64,000 bases of DNA. Origin: Pristiophorus japonicus. Lineage: Eukaryota. How positions within the stretch are numbered: the stretch's first letter is position 1; every line of letters begins with the position of its first letter. A model generated the notes under the pieces. It had not been told where the DNA came from. It did not search any database and worked only from the letters and a program-made list of their open reading frames with translations. The stretch spans positions 21,328,001 to 21,392,000 of the forward strand of contig NC_091996.1 of the NCBI RefSeq assembly GCF_044704955.1. The letters run 5' to 3'. Below, piece by piece: positions 25,206 to 37,659 of the stretch. A program made the position numbers and the translations under genes.

Positions 25206-28200
25206 ATGAAATCTACATATAAGATTTTCCACTTAAAACTTGAAACCTTAATATTTAACCATTTGTGACGTGTTTGTATTTTCAGTAGAATTGATTTACA
25301 ATGTAAATATTAACACCAATTATTTAAACTGAACATGGATGGATTTAATTATCAACTTCAGCACTGGACTGTTGAGTATCTGAAAATATACTATGCAGCG
25401 CAAGCAATATTGTAATGCTGGACAGGCATGATTTTGATGACAAACTAATACATCTGTTTTGGTAGGAAATCACCAATCTGTTAATTACATTTGTGCAGGT
25501 GATTAAAGGTTGTTGCAATGGCATAAGCTGTTGGGCCACCAATTCATATGCCAAGATAATGGAGTATCCAGATTTAATTCCTGCACATTACTGTGTTCCA
25601 GATCTCAATCATGCTGTTGTGTAGAGCAGAGAAGGTAGCCTACATGTTTGGCTGCTGGCCCCTATTGCAGAAGTAATCATTTCAACACCAGCTACATAGG
25701 GTATGCCCTCCAGCTACACAGGAGAATGTTCATTCACATAAATACATTTTTGTTTCACTTTAAAATACTCTTTTTCAAATAATGACTGCATTTATATAAT
25801 TTACTTTCCTTTCTCTTTCTCATCTATTGGTTCACAGGTACAACCTTCTGGAAGACAGTTGCGGTTGCTATTCATGTCCCAATGAAGGAAGAGCAGCAGT
25901 CCATCTTCAGCATAAGGATTCCTCTTGTCAGGAAGAGCTGGGCATCAGTAAGGACGTTAGCAGATAGTATGAAACAGCAACCAGACTATTGACGTAATCT
26001 ATATTACTCTGCTGTTCATGTACCTTTGTGGGTGATTCAGGTTTTCTGGGTGCACTGGGTTACAGAAGGTGATGGTGGAAACCACGCATTGCTATTCCAG
26101 AAGAAACTTCCAAGGTTCAAATAAAAGAACTGTAAATATAATGTCTCTGTAAATAGTTTCAACACAAATTAGGTAGATACTATTGGATATCAGAATATAA
26201 TCATTACCTCAGCCATGTTACTGTACAGTTATTGAGCACTGTCCGAGTATTTATCCATCGGGCAGGAGGAAGAGTCCTGCAAGATGCTCTTAACTTCCAA
26301 CAGCTGCAACATTAGTACAGACCTGGTCTGTACAGACCAAGTCATCTGAAATCCAAAAAGGAGAATTGGGGAAAAAATACCTAATATATTTTTTAAATGC
26401 TCAGCTGCAGAGGTGAGAACTTAAAAAAAAATACCTTTTCAATTTTAAATGTTTACAAATTTCTCATTAGTTCTTGTATACAGTCCTCATCTCAAAACTT
26501 GACCTGTGCCTGCTTAAGGGTTTTTAGGATGTTATGAGGCTCTCATGACGTGTCTCCTTCGAAGCTACAGCAATTACACAGTATGCATCAATACACCTGC
26601 ACCCTTATACACTAGAATGCACCTTGAGCAAGCATATGGTAGTTTTGTACAATCATCCTTGTGAACAAGTGATTTAAGATGATGGCATTATTCACATTCC
26701 TAGTGTCTGTGCATAATTGATATGGGGTAATTATGGAGAGTGATTGACAGTAGAGGCATAAGCCACGACTATAATTGGTGTGAGCCTGACACTCCACATC
26801 CTTTTTTAACTACCCACACATTTTCTTATTAAGTCAGAAACAGTGTATGTCAAACGGATGAATAAAAGTAATCCATTGTCTATAAGTTCTGAGGGGTGCC
26901 TCTCTTTCTGCAATCTAAGCATGCCTATACCACTAATAGCTGTCCATCAATGTTAAAATCAGAAAAATAAGCATACAAGCTATATTAATTTATATTCTCC
27001 ACTGTCATTTACTTCACTGTACAGTGGATTAAATAATGAAACAGTACATGGGATCCCGCCTTTAAAAAAAAATCTTCCTAACCTGAGGACGTGGGAGACA
27101 ATTGTAGTGCTCCACTGGTGCACCAGCTGAAATTGACTAAAAGCACAGACTGCGGATTGAATATGAGACCATCTTGTTATATAGCTGCCATTGTCACCCC
27201 TTCCTCAAAAGGCCCAGCCTTGACCCATTCATTTTTCCAACTGCTGCACCATCTCTGTTTGCTAATGTATCATTGCCTTCCTACTCCATGTCCAAAATTT
27301 CCTCTTTGTATTCCTTCATTCTGGCTTCCACCTGTCTTCCAGCTCCAAAACTACCCTGGCCAAAATCTTGAATAACCTGTGACACTGTATCTTCATCTTC
27401 TTTGACTTTTCAGCTGCATTTGATATGGTTGACCAAATCCTCCTCCATAAGCTCTCATCTGTTGTTCAGCTCCATGGGGTTCCCCTTGCTTGGTTCCAGT
27501 CCCACCTATCCAAACACAACCAGTGCATCTCCAGCAATAGCTTCTCTTTCGTCTCGTGCACCATCATCTGCAGGGTCCTTCAAGAATCTATCCTTGGTCG
27601 CTTGCTGTAACTTACCTACATACTGCACCTTGCTGACATCATTTGAAAGCACTGGGTCAGCTTTGACATGCTGATGACACCAACTGTACCTCTCTCTCTT
27701 CTTGACCCCCTCGACTGTCTCTGTGCTATCAGACTGCTTGTCCAAGTCTTGGATGAGTTACAACTAACACGAACTTAACATTAGGAAGACTGAAGCCATT
27801 TTCTTTGGGCTCTGCCACATACTCAGTTTCCTTGCCACTGACTTCATCGAGCTCCCTGGCCACTCACTGAGGCTGAACCAGACTATTCACAGCTTTGCTG
27901 TCCTGTTTGACCATGAGCTGAGCTTTAAACCCCATATATCCTACATCAATATTTCTTGCTTCCACCTCTGCAACATTGCTTGCCTCCACTCCTACTTGAG
28001 CCCCTCTGCCCCTTATTGATGCATTTGACACCTCCAGACTCAACTGTGCTGATGCTCTCGGTTTCGACCTCCCAACCTCCAAAAACACCAAGGTTCCCCA
28101 CAACTTTGCCATGTATACAAAAGCAAAATACTGTGGATGCTGGAATCTGAAATAAAAACAGAAAATGCTAGAAATCTCAGCGGGTCAGGCAGCATCTGTG

Positions 28201-28210
28201 GAGAGAAGCA

Positions 28211-28248
28211 GAGTTAACGTTTCGGGTCGATGACCTTTCATCAGAACT
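28211..28248 (-). ncRNA. Minimal hammerhead ribozyme motif in the Penelope pLTR
   Basis: Minus strand CTGATGA-AA-GGTC-ATC-GACC-C-GAAA-CGTTAAC, with both conserved cores and stem II. Confidence 0.75.
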
Positions 28249-29370
28249 GCTGAATGTTCGAGATTAACAAATTCTTAAGGAATACTGAAAGAGAGAGAGG
28301 AGGAAAGAACAAAAGGGAGGGTCTGTGATAGGGTGGAAGACAGGAGAGATTTGAAAGACAAAAGGGATGATGGGCCGACTTGAGATGGTAATAGTAGAAA
28401 TTAGAAAAAGATTAGTTTAGATAGGGTGTGAATGGTACGATAATTACCAGCTGCCATGGGAAGCAAAGAGAGAGTAAAAAAATACATCAGAGCAAAATGT
28501 GGGCAGAGGTTAAGGTCTGAAATTGTTGAACTCGATGTTGAGTCCAGGAGGCTGTAAAGTGCCTAAACAAAAGATGAGGTGCTGTTCCTCGAGCTTGCGT
28601 TGAGCTTCATTGGAACCCCTCTCAGCATTCCGAAGGGACTGCTCCCTCCACGACACCCTGGTACATTCCACAGTCACCCCCAGCAGCCCCTCCCCTTCCC
28701 ATGACACCTTCCCGTGCAAGCGCAGGAGATGCAACACCTGCCCTTTTACCTCCTCCCTTCCCACTGTCCAGGGCCCCAAATACACCTTCCAGGTGAAACA
28801 GCAATTTACTTGTACTTTTTTCAATTTAGTATACTGTATTCGCTGTTCATGATGTGGTTTCCTCTACATTTTTGAGACAAAACGTAGATTGGGTGACCGC
28901 TTTGCGGAACACTTCCATTCAGTCCGTAATCGTGACCCCGAGCTTGTCACCTTAATTCTCCAGTCCCACGCTGATATCTCCATCCTCAGACTCATGCACT
29001 GTTCAATTGAAGCTCAACGCAAGCTCGAGGAACAGCACCTCATCTTTCGTTTAGGCACCTTACAGCCTTCTAGACTCAACATCGAGTTCAACAATTTCAG
29101 ACCTGAATCTCTGCCCACATTTTGCTCTGATGTATTTTTTTTTAATCTCTCTTTGTTTCCCATGGCAGCTGATAATTATCCTGCCATTCACACCCTATCT
29201 AAACTAATCTTTTTCTACCTTCTGCTATTACCATCTCAAATCGGCTCATCATCCCTTTTGTCTCTCAAATCTCTCCTATCTTCCACCCTATCACAGACTC
29301 TCCCTTTTGTTCTTTCCTCTTCTCTCCCTTTCAGTACTCCTTAAGAATTTGTTAATCTTGAACATTTGCC

Positions 29371-29408
29371 AGTTCTGATGAAGGGTCATCGATCCAAAAC
29401 GTTAACTC
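29371..29408 (+). ncRNA. Second hammerhead motif with GAAA core mutated (CAAAAC)
   Basis: CTGATGAAGGGTCATCGATCCAAAACGTTAAC. Confidence 0.6.
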
Positions 29409-30404
29409 TGCTTCTCTCCACAGATGCTGCCTGACCCATTGAGATTTTCAGCATTTTCTGATTTTATTTGCCATGTATAGCCTGTCTTGCTTGTTTATCA
29501 TCCCATCCTTATTGACCTATACTGGCTCCTCATTACCCAACACATTACATTTTAAATCTTTTTCTATAAATCCATCTTTGTCATAACCCATCTCTTCTCC
29601 AGTCTGAAGGCTCCATTCTTCTCATTGTTTTTTTTTGTGTGTCTCCCCCTTCTTCTATCCTACCACTGGTGGCACACTGTTAAGCTGCTTTCATCCTACA
29701 ATTTGGAACTCCTTCTCTAAAGCTCTCTGTTTTTCTTTTCACCTTTTAATTAAAAAAAACCTGCTCAAAACCAATCTCTTTGACAAGCTTTTGGTCACCT
29801 CTTTTATTTTAGCCTTATGGCTTAGCATCCATTTTCCTTATGCTTATTTGTGAAGTGCTTTGGGATATTTCTTGGGTCAAAGGTAATAAATATGACTTAA
29901 GAGCACACCAAGTCTGAGTTACTAATCTCATCCATTCTGCCGCAGGGAGCTGCTGTGTTGAAGCAAATGGTCTTCCCACCACAGGTTGTGAGGCATAGAA
30001 TGCTAGAGGCATTCTTGAGCACTGTTGCACTGCTAGCTCACTCAGAGTAACATCAGCAGAAGCCTGGGAGACGATCATCTGCCTGTTTCCCCTCGGTCAC
30101 GGTTTGTACATGGTCTGGGAAACCAGGGAACTGGAGTGATAATATAGGGCATGTATGCCATCTAAATGAGGGAAACATTAAAAAACTATTTTTCCCCTGT
30201 CTGGTTTTGCTGAAGCATGTGCTAATGACATCCTGAATGATTGAAAAGCTGGAGTAACTACTGAGCACATCAGTGTGGTAATGGAGCTGAATCAATCTCA
30301 ATAGTTACAGCCATTAACCCAGCATGATTCACAAACTTACCATTCAATTGTACATGATAATTCACTTCCTTCATATTATCTGAGTCACCTGACTCCTCCC
30401 AATC

Positions 30405-30526
30405 ATAAGAGCATAAGAAAAAGAAGCAGGACTAGGCCATTTGGCCCCTTGAGCCTGCTCCACCATTCAATAAGATTATGACTGATCTGATTTTGGCCTC
30501 AACTCCACTTCCCTGCCCACTCCCCA
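30405..30526 (-). mobile_element. CR1 3' UTR fragment
   Basis: CATAAGAGCATAAGA tail plus a 3' UTR matching the other copies. Confidence 0.85.
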
Positions 30527-30642
30527 GGAGTTCCTTCACTTATGTCATTGGTACTTGTTATTTAAACAAATATTCAGAAAATCACCAACATTTTTATGGA
30601 CTTTTTTTTTAGTTAAAAGATACAGAGATACTCACAGAAAGT

Positions 30643-31363
30643 ATCTGGGGGTCCTTGTGCATGAATCCCAAAAAGTTAGTTTGCAGGTGCAGCAGGTAAT
30701 CAGGAAGGCGAATGGAATGTTGGCCTTCATTGTGAGAGGGATGGAGTACAAATGCAGGGAGGTCCTGCTGCAACTGTATAGGGTATTGGTAAGGCCGCAC
30801 CTGGAGGACTGCGTGCAGTTTTGGTCACCTTACTTAAGGAAGGATATACTAGCTTTGGAGGGGGTACAGAGAAGATTCACTAGGCTGATTCTGGAGATGA
30901 GAGGGTTACTTTATGATGATAGATTGAGTAGACTGGGTCTTTACTCGTTGGAGTTCAGAAGGATGAGGGGTGATCTTATAGAAACATTTAAAATAATGAA
31001 AGGGATAGACAAAATAGAGGCGGAGAGGTTGTTTTCACTGGTCGGGGAGACTAGAACTAGGGGGCACAGCCTCAAAATACGGGGGAGCCAATTTAAAACC
31101 GAGTTGAGAAGGAATTTCTTCTCCCAGAGGGTTGTGAATCTGTGGAATGCTCTGCCCAAGGAAGCAGTTGAGGCTAGCTCATTGAATGTATTCAAGTCAC
31201 AGATAGATAGATTTTTAACCAATAAGGCAATTAAGGGTTACGGGGAGCGGGCGGGTAAGTGGAGCTGAGTCCACGGCCAGATCAGCCATGATCTTATTGA
31301 ATGGCGGAGCAGGCTCGAGGGGCTAGATGGCCTACTCCTGTTCCTAATTCTTATGTTCTTATG
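30643..31363 (+). mobile_element. CR1 LINE 3' part, nearly identical to 2890-3608
   Basis: Open frame to GYGERAGKWS*; (TTCTTATG)n tail. Confidence 0.95.
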
Positions 31364-32526
31364 TATAGTTTGCTGGATGTTGGATAATGCATTGGGTTGA
31401 TGTCACAAAAAAGAGCGGAGACTTTTGCCAACCCTGAAAACTTAATTTAGAAAACAAAATTCTACATGATTCTAATGAAGTACAAGAAGCCCAGCAACAG
31501 CACTTCAACTTTCTTGTAACGTGTGAACCTCACTTATTTATGTAATTTCAGGTGTTGGTCAGTCACAAGAAAGTTGAAATCAGTCACTTTTTTAAAACAC
31601 ACCAAATATGAACAGATCTAAACGAGATGATTGCAGCAGTATTTTCATATTTCTTGTGAATGTCATACAATTTTGTGTCTGTTGAAGTTAATACAAGTGA
31701 TTCTGCCCCAGTAAAATATAATTTTGTTTTAAAACTGAACATGATCTGAATTTAAATAAAAAGTGTAAATTTTTTGTCTTGTAATACTACTGTTAAGCGC
31801 ATTGGGTCACTTCGCTACATTAAAGACGCTATATAAATACAAGTTGTTGCCAGAAGTGTGTTGATTTTTTCCAAACACAATAATGTTATACTCTATCTAT
31901 TATTTATTATCAGATTTTTAATTTGTTTAGATTCTATTATATAACATTTATTTGGAATTGAGTTATAGAATAAAATCTAGAATAGCTCCCAGTTGCAAGT
32001 CCATTTGGCTGGAACTGCATTTTACATATTTTGTTATACCCTGTACAAGCAACAAACATCTGGACAGCACAACATTTTTGAGGGGTAGGGTTGCAATTAA
32101 AGTTTAAAAATGTTTTTATTATATTAAATATTCCTACGCCTTTAATAGTGCATAATTCTAGGACAATTCCACTAATGTAGAATAATAGACAGCTGAGTGA
32201 GATACAAGGCAATAATTCAATAGATTGGGTCCATTGAAACGGTGAGAGCAAACCTTCAGTTGTTCATGTACCCCAGCAGAAACCCTTGAGATTTAGTTAT
32301 TCCCTCAAAATCTTGGCTAGCTATTTGTTATAAGGAATAACGCATATAATTTCATTAAAAGAAACAATGTTGGTTATTTCTTCAAACTAAACTTTTTTTA
32401 TAACATCAATCAAATGCGATATTGTTATGCAGGGAGCAGAAGACGGTGGCTACTAGACAGAGTCTCCATTCATTTTTACATTTTAAAAATATAATAGTTA
32501 AATTCTATAATTTGTGTACATATTGT

Positions 32527-34083
32527 GTCCGATTGCGGTAACTACAAAGGAATCTCCCTGCTGTCAACCACCAGGAAGGTCATCACAAGAATCCTCCTGA
32601 ATCGCCTTCTTCCCGTGGCTGAAGAGTTCCTCTCAGATTCGCAATGCGGATTCCGCCCACTAAAGGACACAATGGACATGATCTTCACCGCGCGGCAGAT
32701 TCAAGAGAAATGCAGGGAATAACACCAACCCTTGTACATGGCCTTCCGCGACCTCACAAAAGCTTTCCACATTGTCAACTGTGAGGGATTAAGGAGCGTC
32801 CTCCTCAGATTTGGCTGCCCTGAAAAGTTTGTTACCATTCTCCGCCTGCTCCATGATGACATGCAAGCCATGATCCTGACCAACAGATCCACCACAGACC
32901 CATTTCACCTTCGGACCGGGGTCAAGCAGGACTGCGTCATCGCACCAACGCACTTCTCGAACTTCCTTGCTGCAATGCTCCATCTCACGCTCAGCAAGCT
33001 CCCTGCTGGAGTGGAGCTAAATTACAGGACAAATGGGAATCTGTTCAACCTCCGCTGCCTCCAGGTCAGATCCAAGGTCGTCCCATCCTGCGTCATCAAA
33101 CTACAGTATGCAGATGACGCCTGCATCTGCGCACATTCGGTGGCTGAACTCCAAGCCTTCGTCAACACCTTCATCGAGGCATACGAGAGCATGGACCTTA
33201 CACTAAACATTTGTAAGACAAAGATCCTCTACAAACCTGCCATCGCCACACAGCACTGCCCCCTGATTATCAAATTCCATGACGAGACCTTGGACAACGT
33301 GGACCATTTTCCATATCTTGGGAGCCTACTGTCAACAAAGGCAAACATTGACGATGAGGTCCAACACCGCTTTCACTGTGCCAGTGCAGCCTTTGGTCGC
33401 CCGAGGAAAAGTGTTTAAAGACCAGAACCTCAAACCCGGCACCAAGCTCATGGTCTACAGAGCAGTTGTAGTACCCGCACTCCTATGCGGCTCAGAGATA
33501 TGGACTATGTACAGCAGGCACCTCAAAACATTGGAGAAGTACCACCAATGCTGCCTCTGCAAGATCCTGAAAATCCATTGGCAAGATAGGTACACCAACG
33601 TCAGTGTCCTCGCTCAGGCCAATATCCCCAGCATCGAAGCACAGACCATGTTCGATCAGCTCCACTGGATGAGCCACTGGATGAGCAATTCTGACACGAG
33701 ACTCCCAAAACAAGCGCTCCACTCGGAGCTCCGATACGGTAAGCGAGCCCCAGGTGGGCAGAGGAAATGCTTCAAAGCCTCCTTGAAAAAATATAACATC
33801 CCCACCGATACCTGGGAATCCTTGGCCCAAGACCGCCCAAAGTAGAGGAAAAGCATCCGGGAAGGCCCTGAATACTTTGAGTCCCTTCACCGAGAGCAAT
33901 CTGAAGCCAAGTATCGACAGCGGAAAGAGTGCGCGGCAACCCAGGCTCCCCACCAACCTGCTCCTTCATCCACCGTTTGCCCCACCTGTGACAGAGACTG
34001 TAGGTCCTGCATTGGACTCCTCAATCACTTGAGAACTCATTTCTAGTATGGAAGCAAGTCATCCTCCACTGCCTATGATGGTG
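32527..34083 (+). mobile_element. RTE LINE, 5'-truncated
   Basis: NYKGISLLS, SQCGFRP, DLTKAF, TGVKQ, LQYADD, FPYLGS, CGSEIWT; GCCTATGATG tail. Confidence 0.93.
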
Positions 34084-34244
34084 ACACACAGAATAGCTCA
34101 CAGCTATATTACAAGTAGCTTCATCATTACCATAGACACTTGAGTTTGTGATGCTTGTGAGTTATTCGACTGACATCACTTTGGAAACTGTACTTTTTAA
34201 TACACCATTGCTATGCAGTATACATCCTCTGAAACTCTCTCCCC

Positions 34245-34431
34245 CAAAAAGCTGTTCTAGCTAGATAAATTGAAAATTTCAAAACCGAGATAGATTTTTG
34301 TTAGGCAAAGGTATTAAGGGATATGGAACCAAGGTGGGCAAATTGAGTTAAGATACCGATCAACCATAATTTAATTGAATCGCAGAATAGGCTCGAGAGG
34401 CTGATTGGCCGACTCCTGTTCCTATGTTCCT
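34245..34431 (+). mobile_element. CR1 3' fragment
   Basis: Degenerate CR1 C-terminus/3' UTR ending CCTATGTTCCT. Confidence 0.7.
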
Positions 34432-34999
34432 GAGTGTTTTTTTCCACCAACCAGATTATAAACTATATACTGAATGTGACATACTTTGTGTGGTGATAAA
34501 AATGCATTGACATTGCATTTCATAATGCAGACTCGGTTTGCAAATCTATTCTCCAACATAGTTTGCTATGTCACCTTTATTTTGCAGTGCGCCAACAAGA
34601 GGGCAGTCGAAATTGATCGCTCATTAATATGGTTCCCAAGTACTCCCGCATAACAATGGAGGAGAATGCTGCTAAAAAGGACTGAACCTGGTGGGGACAG
34701 GCAGGCAGCACATTCAACATTCAGATCAGCAGTGCAAATTGGGGCCCTTCATGTATCCACCATTTTCCCCTTATCAGAGTGGGGTTAATATGGTCGCTTC
34801 TTCCATTTATGGAGATATTCTATAAACTTCAACATTTGTTTTGGGTTTCTAAATCTATTACCCCTGCATTGAGAAATTGCACATCGTTTCATTAAGGTAT
34901 CATGCTTCAGCAACACAACTGGTTGGAGTCTGCAGTGGTTTCGCAGTAAATATTAACATTACATGTATACCCTGCACCAATATCAAATGAAACCACGTA

Positions 35000-36240
35000 C
35001 AGTTTACTCCGCTCCTTGGGACGTAGGATCCGCCCCTCCCAAGCACTGATTGGTCGCCCCGGCTTCCCTCTGGAACCCGAACCCCACCTCACGGGCAATT
35101 CTGTGTGGTCGACGTTGCTGCCAATCGCCCTGAAGTCCGGCTTCCGTTTGGGTGGAGCGGCCGTCAATCAAACGCGATCGTCGCTGGTGAATGGGCAGCG
35201 CCGCTGTCAATCATTCCGCCCGCTCCACTCAGGTTGAGGCGGGAAGGCGGGAGGAGAGTGAGTGCGTGCGTCCCGTCCTCTGGCAGCACGAAGCCAGGTG
35301 ATTTAATTCAAAAATAAAACCGAAGAAGAAAAAAAAAGCGCTGACTTTGTGACCGGGGCCGTTGCGGGGATTTTAAAAGTTAAAAAAAAAAATTACCGGT
35401 TGGAGAAGAAAAACAATATATAAATTTTTTAAAAATAGTCGTCGAGATATCCCTTGGTGTTTGGGTGTAGGACGACAGCGCGGCGCGGGGATGTGAGGAG
35501 AGGAGAGGTCGGCAGAGTGGCCGCTGGCAGCAGCTCGATGGAGGCGATCATCGACGTGGACTCGCTCCTCTACTTCGCTGCCAGTTTACACCAGGGGTGG
35601 CTGCGAGTGTACGGTGAGTCCCGGCCAGGAGAATTTACAGTCTCGACCGTGAGAATTTCCCTCACCGCAAACTTTCTGCCCGGCCAGGAGCGGGGCTGGA
35701 CAGGTGCAGTTGTCGCGATCGTTTGGCGCACCGATTTCATCCCCGCCCTCTGTGGGTGGGGGAAATAAATAAATGAAAACAAACAAACAAAAAAAGTTGT
35801 TCCGTCTAACGTTGACGACTAGTTTTTAAAAAAAATATTAAACTGAATGACGACGTGGATTTGTGCATGTGTCACATTGTACTTAAAAATAAAAAAAAGG
35901 CACCGGTCCTCTTCTATTTTGATTTTAAAATGTCATTTATTTTGGGGTGGGAGAGAAGTAAATTATAATGTTTCTGGTGGAATTTTCCAGAGTTGACAGA
36001 CTTGAATTTTCCTTCCGAGTGTGCGCTTGTTGGGCGCTAGGCGGAGGCACGTGCGAGGTGTGGACAGGGCACGCGCCAGGATTGACACGGTGGGAAGGGC
36101 GTGTGCAAGAGGGGCGTGCAAGGCGCTTGAACCATGGGTGCGCATGTATGTGCATGCTGGATGTGGCATATACAGGAGTCAGCATGGTGGGGGAAGAACC
36201 AGTGCATTTGTGTGGACCGGATATGAGCGGTACCCGCCTG
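35000..36240. promoter_or_regulatory. CpG island promoter with CCAAT (NF-Y), GC-box and PBX/PREP-like motifs
   Basis: Abrupt CpG-dense unique sequence. CTGATTGG at ~35046, CCAAT at 35121, TGATTGACAG (minus strand) at 35204-35213, and CCGCCC boxes. Confidence 0.8.
35538..35613 (+). CDS. Probable first coding exon of an unidentified host gene (MEAIIDVDSLLYFAASLHQGWLRVY-G, phase 1)
   Basis: ATGG within the CpG island, GC3-rich codons and a strong donor G|GTGAGT at 35614. No homology recognised. Confidence 0.5.
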
Positions 36241-36769
36241 TTGTAAAAAAATAACAGGATAAGCAGTGAGGAGAGAACCAAATGAAGAGAGGGTACACAC
36301 CTGAAATTGGACACGAGTGAAGGTGTGAACACAGTGGACATCAGTTCGGAAAGATGCAGTTGTGGACAGTGTGAGAATGTACTACAGTAATGAGTACAGA
36401 TGAAGAATAAGCGCAGCTGCAGGCAGATTGTTAAGTTATGGAAAGTGGGTGTGGTAATAAGTGTGCATGTTGGACAGCGGCATGTATAGACTTTGAAGGA
36501 CATGTGCAGACTCCTGCATGGTGCATGCAAGGCGTGAAGAACACTGACCAGTGGCACAAACATTAGGTGTAAGCAGTATTTTATTTTGGAAAGTTTTGCC
36601 GTTTATTTTTTGGTATGTTAAATAGCTGATTGCAAAAGATTTTGCGCTTGTAACTAAAGAACATTGGCGATCCATATATTTCCGTGTTTGATTAACAGAA
36701 GTGAAATTTTCAGTTTTATCCAGCATGTTTCATGTATTGACTTGCTCTAGCTTGTTTCTAGTCCTCAAA

Positions 36770-37222
36770 TAGAAAGAAAAAGACTTGCATTTATATAGCT
36801 CCTTTCACGACCACTGGATGTTCCAAAGCGTTTTACAGCCAATGAAGTACTTTTTGACGTGTAGTCACTGTTGTCATGTAGGAAATGAGGAAATTTGTAA
36901 GCTCCCACAAACAGCAATGTGATAAAGACAAGATCATCTTTTTTGTTATGTTGATTTGAGGGATAAATATTGGCCGGCCAGAACTTCCCTGCTCTTCTTC
37001 GAAATGATACCATGGAATCCTTTATGTCCACCTGAGAGAGCAGATGTGGCCTCGGTTTGACGTCTCATCCGAAAGACGGCATCTCTGACAGTGCAGCCCT
37101 TCCTCAGCACAGCACTGGAGTGTTGGCCTAGATTTCTGTGCTCAAGTCTCTGGAGTGGGACTTGAACCCACAACATTCTGACTCAGAGGCAAGAGTGCAA
37201 CCAACTGAGCCACAGCTGACAC
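36770..37222 (-). mobile_element. Full-length tRNA-derived Deu-domain SINE (SacSINE1-like)
   Basis: A box TGGCTCAGTTGG, B box GGTTCAAGTCCC, Deu-like core GCCGTCTTTCGGATGAGACG and an L2-type tail. Confidence 0.88.
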
Positions 37223-37659
37223 TGAATATGTCAGTCTCTGTTAGAACATTGGGAAGCTTGGTCAACTGGACAAAATACTATCAATGGCAAATTAATGACA
37301 CAATAACCACTGATCTGTTTAGTATTGAATGAAGTCTTGGTAAGATTCTTGCTGTATCAATGCTTTAGTAGAAACCCAATTCTATCTTGCTATTCACAAT
37401 GTTCTTAATCACTTGTATTCCCTCCAATTTGAGGTTTTCTGTTTGCCAATGTTCTCGCCCCATGTCTTGAAGGTGTTGACCGATTGCTGCGGTACAGTTC
37501 CATAGGTGCCTGTCACCCTTCAGTAGCTTGCCTAGATGGCTACTATTCATTTGTGAGCCTGGACAATGAGTGTTAACAGTCTATGTGACCATGGAAGGCG
37601 GGGATTATTGCAGCAAATCTCAATCCTGTTTTCATCCAACTTCCACATATTATAGATAA

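Larger units (their letters stand above)
28118..29466. mobile_element. Penelope-like element (GIY-YIG C-terminus plus pLTR) in an inverted arrangement, 13-bp TSD
   Basis: Sense arm ~28616-29466 encodes NLVYCIRCS*CGFLYIFETKRRLGDRFAEH...QRKLEEQHLIFRLGTLQP. Antisense arm is 28118-~28615. TTTGCCATGTATA occurs at 28105-28117 and 29467-29479. Confidence 0.9.
27330..29890 (+). mobile_element. Old L2 LINE interrupted by a Penelope element
   Basis: Degenerate DFSAAFDMVD, VLQESILG and ADDTQLY motifs; L2-type 3' end at about 29850-29890. Confidence 0.7.

Noticed and set aside
37150-37222. tRNA gene
   Set aside because: The A/B boxes belong to the SINE head and run on into the Deu domain.
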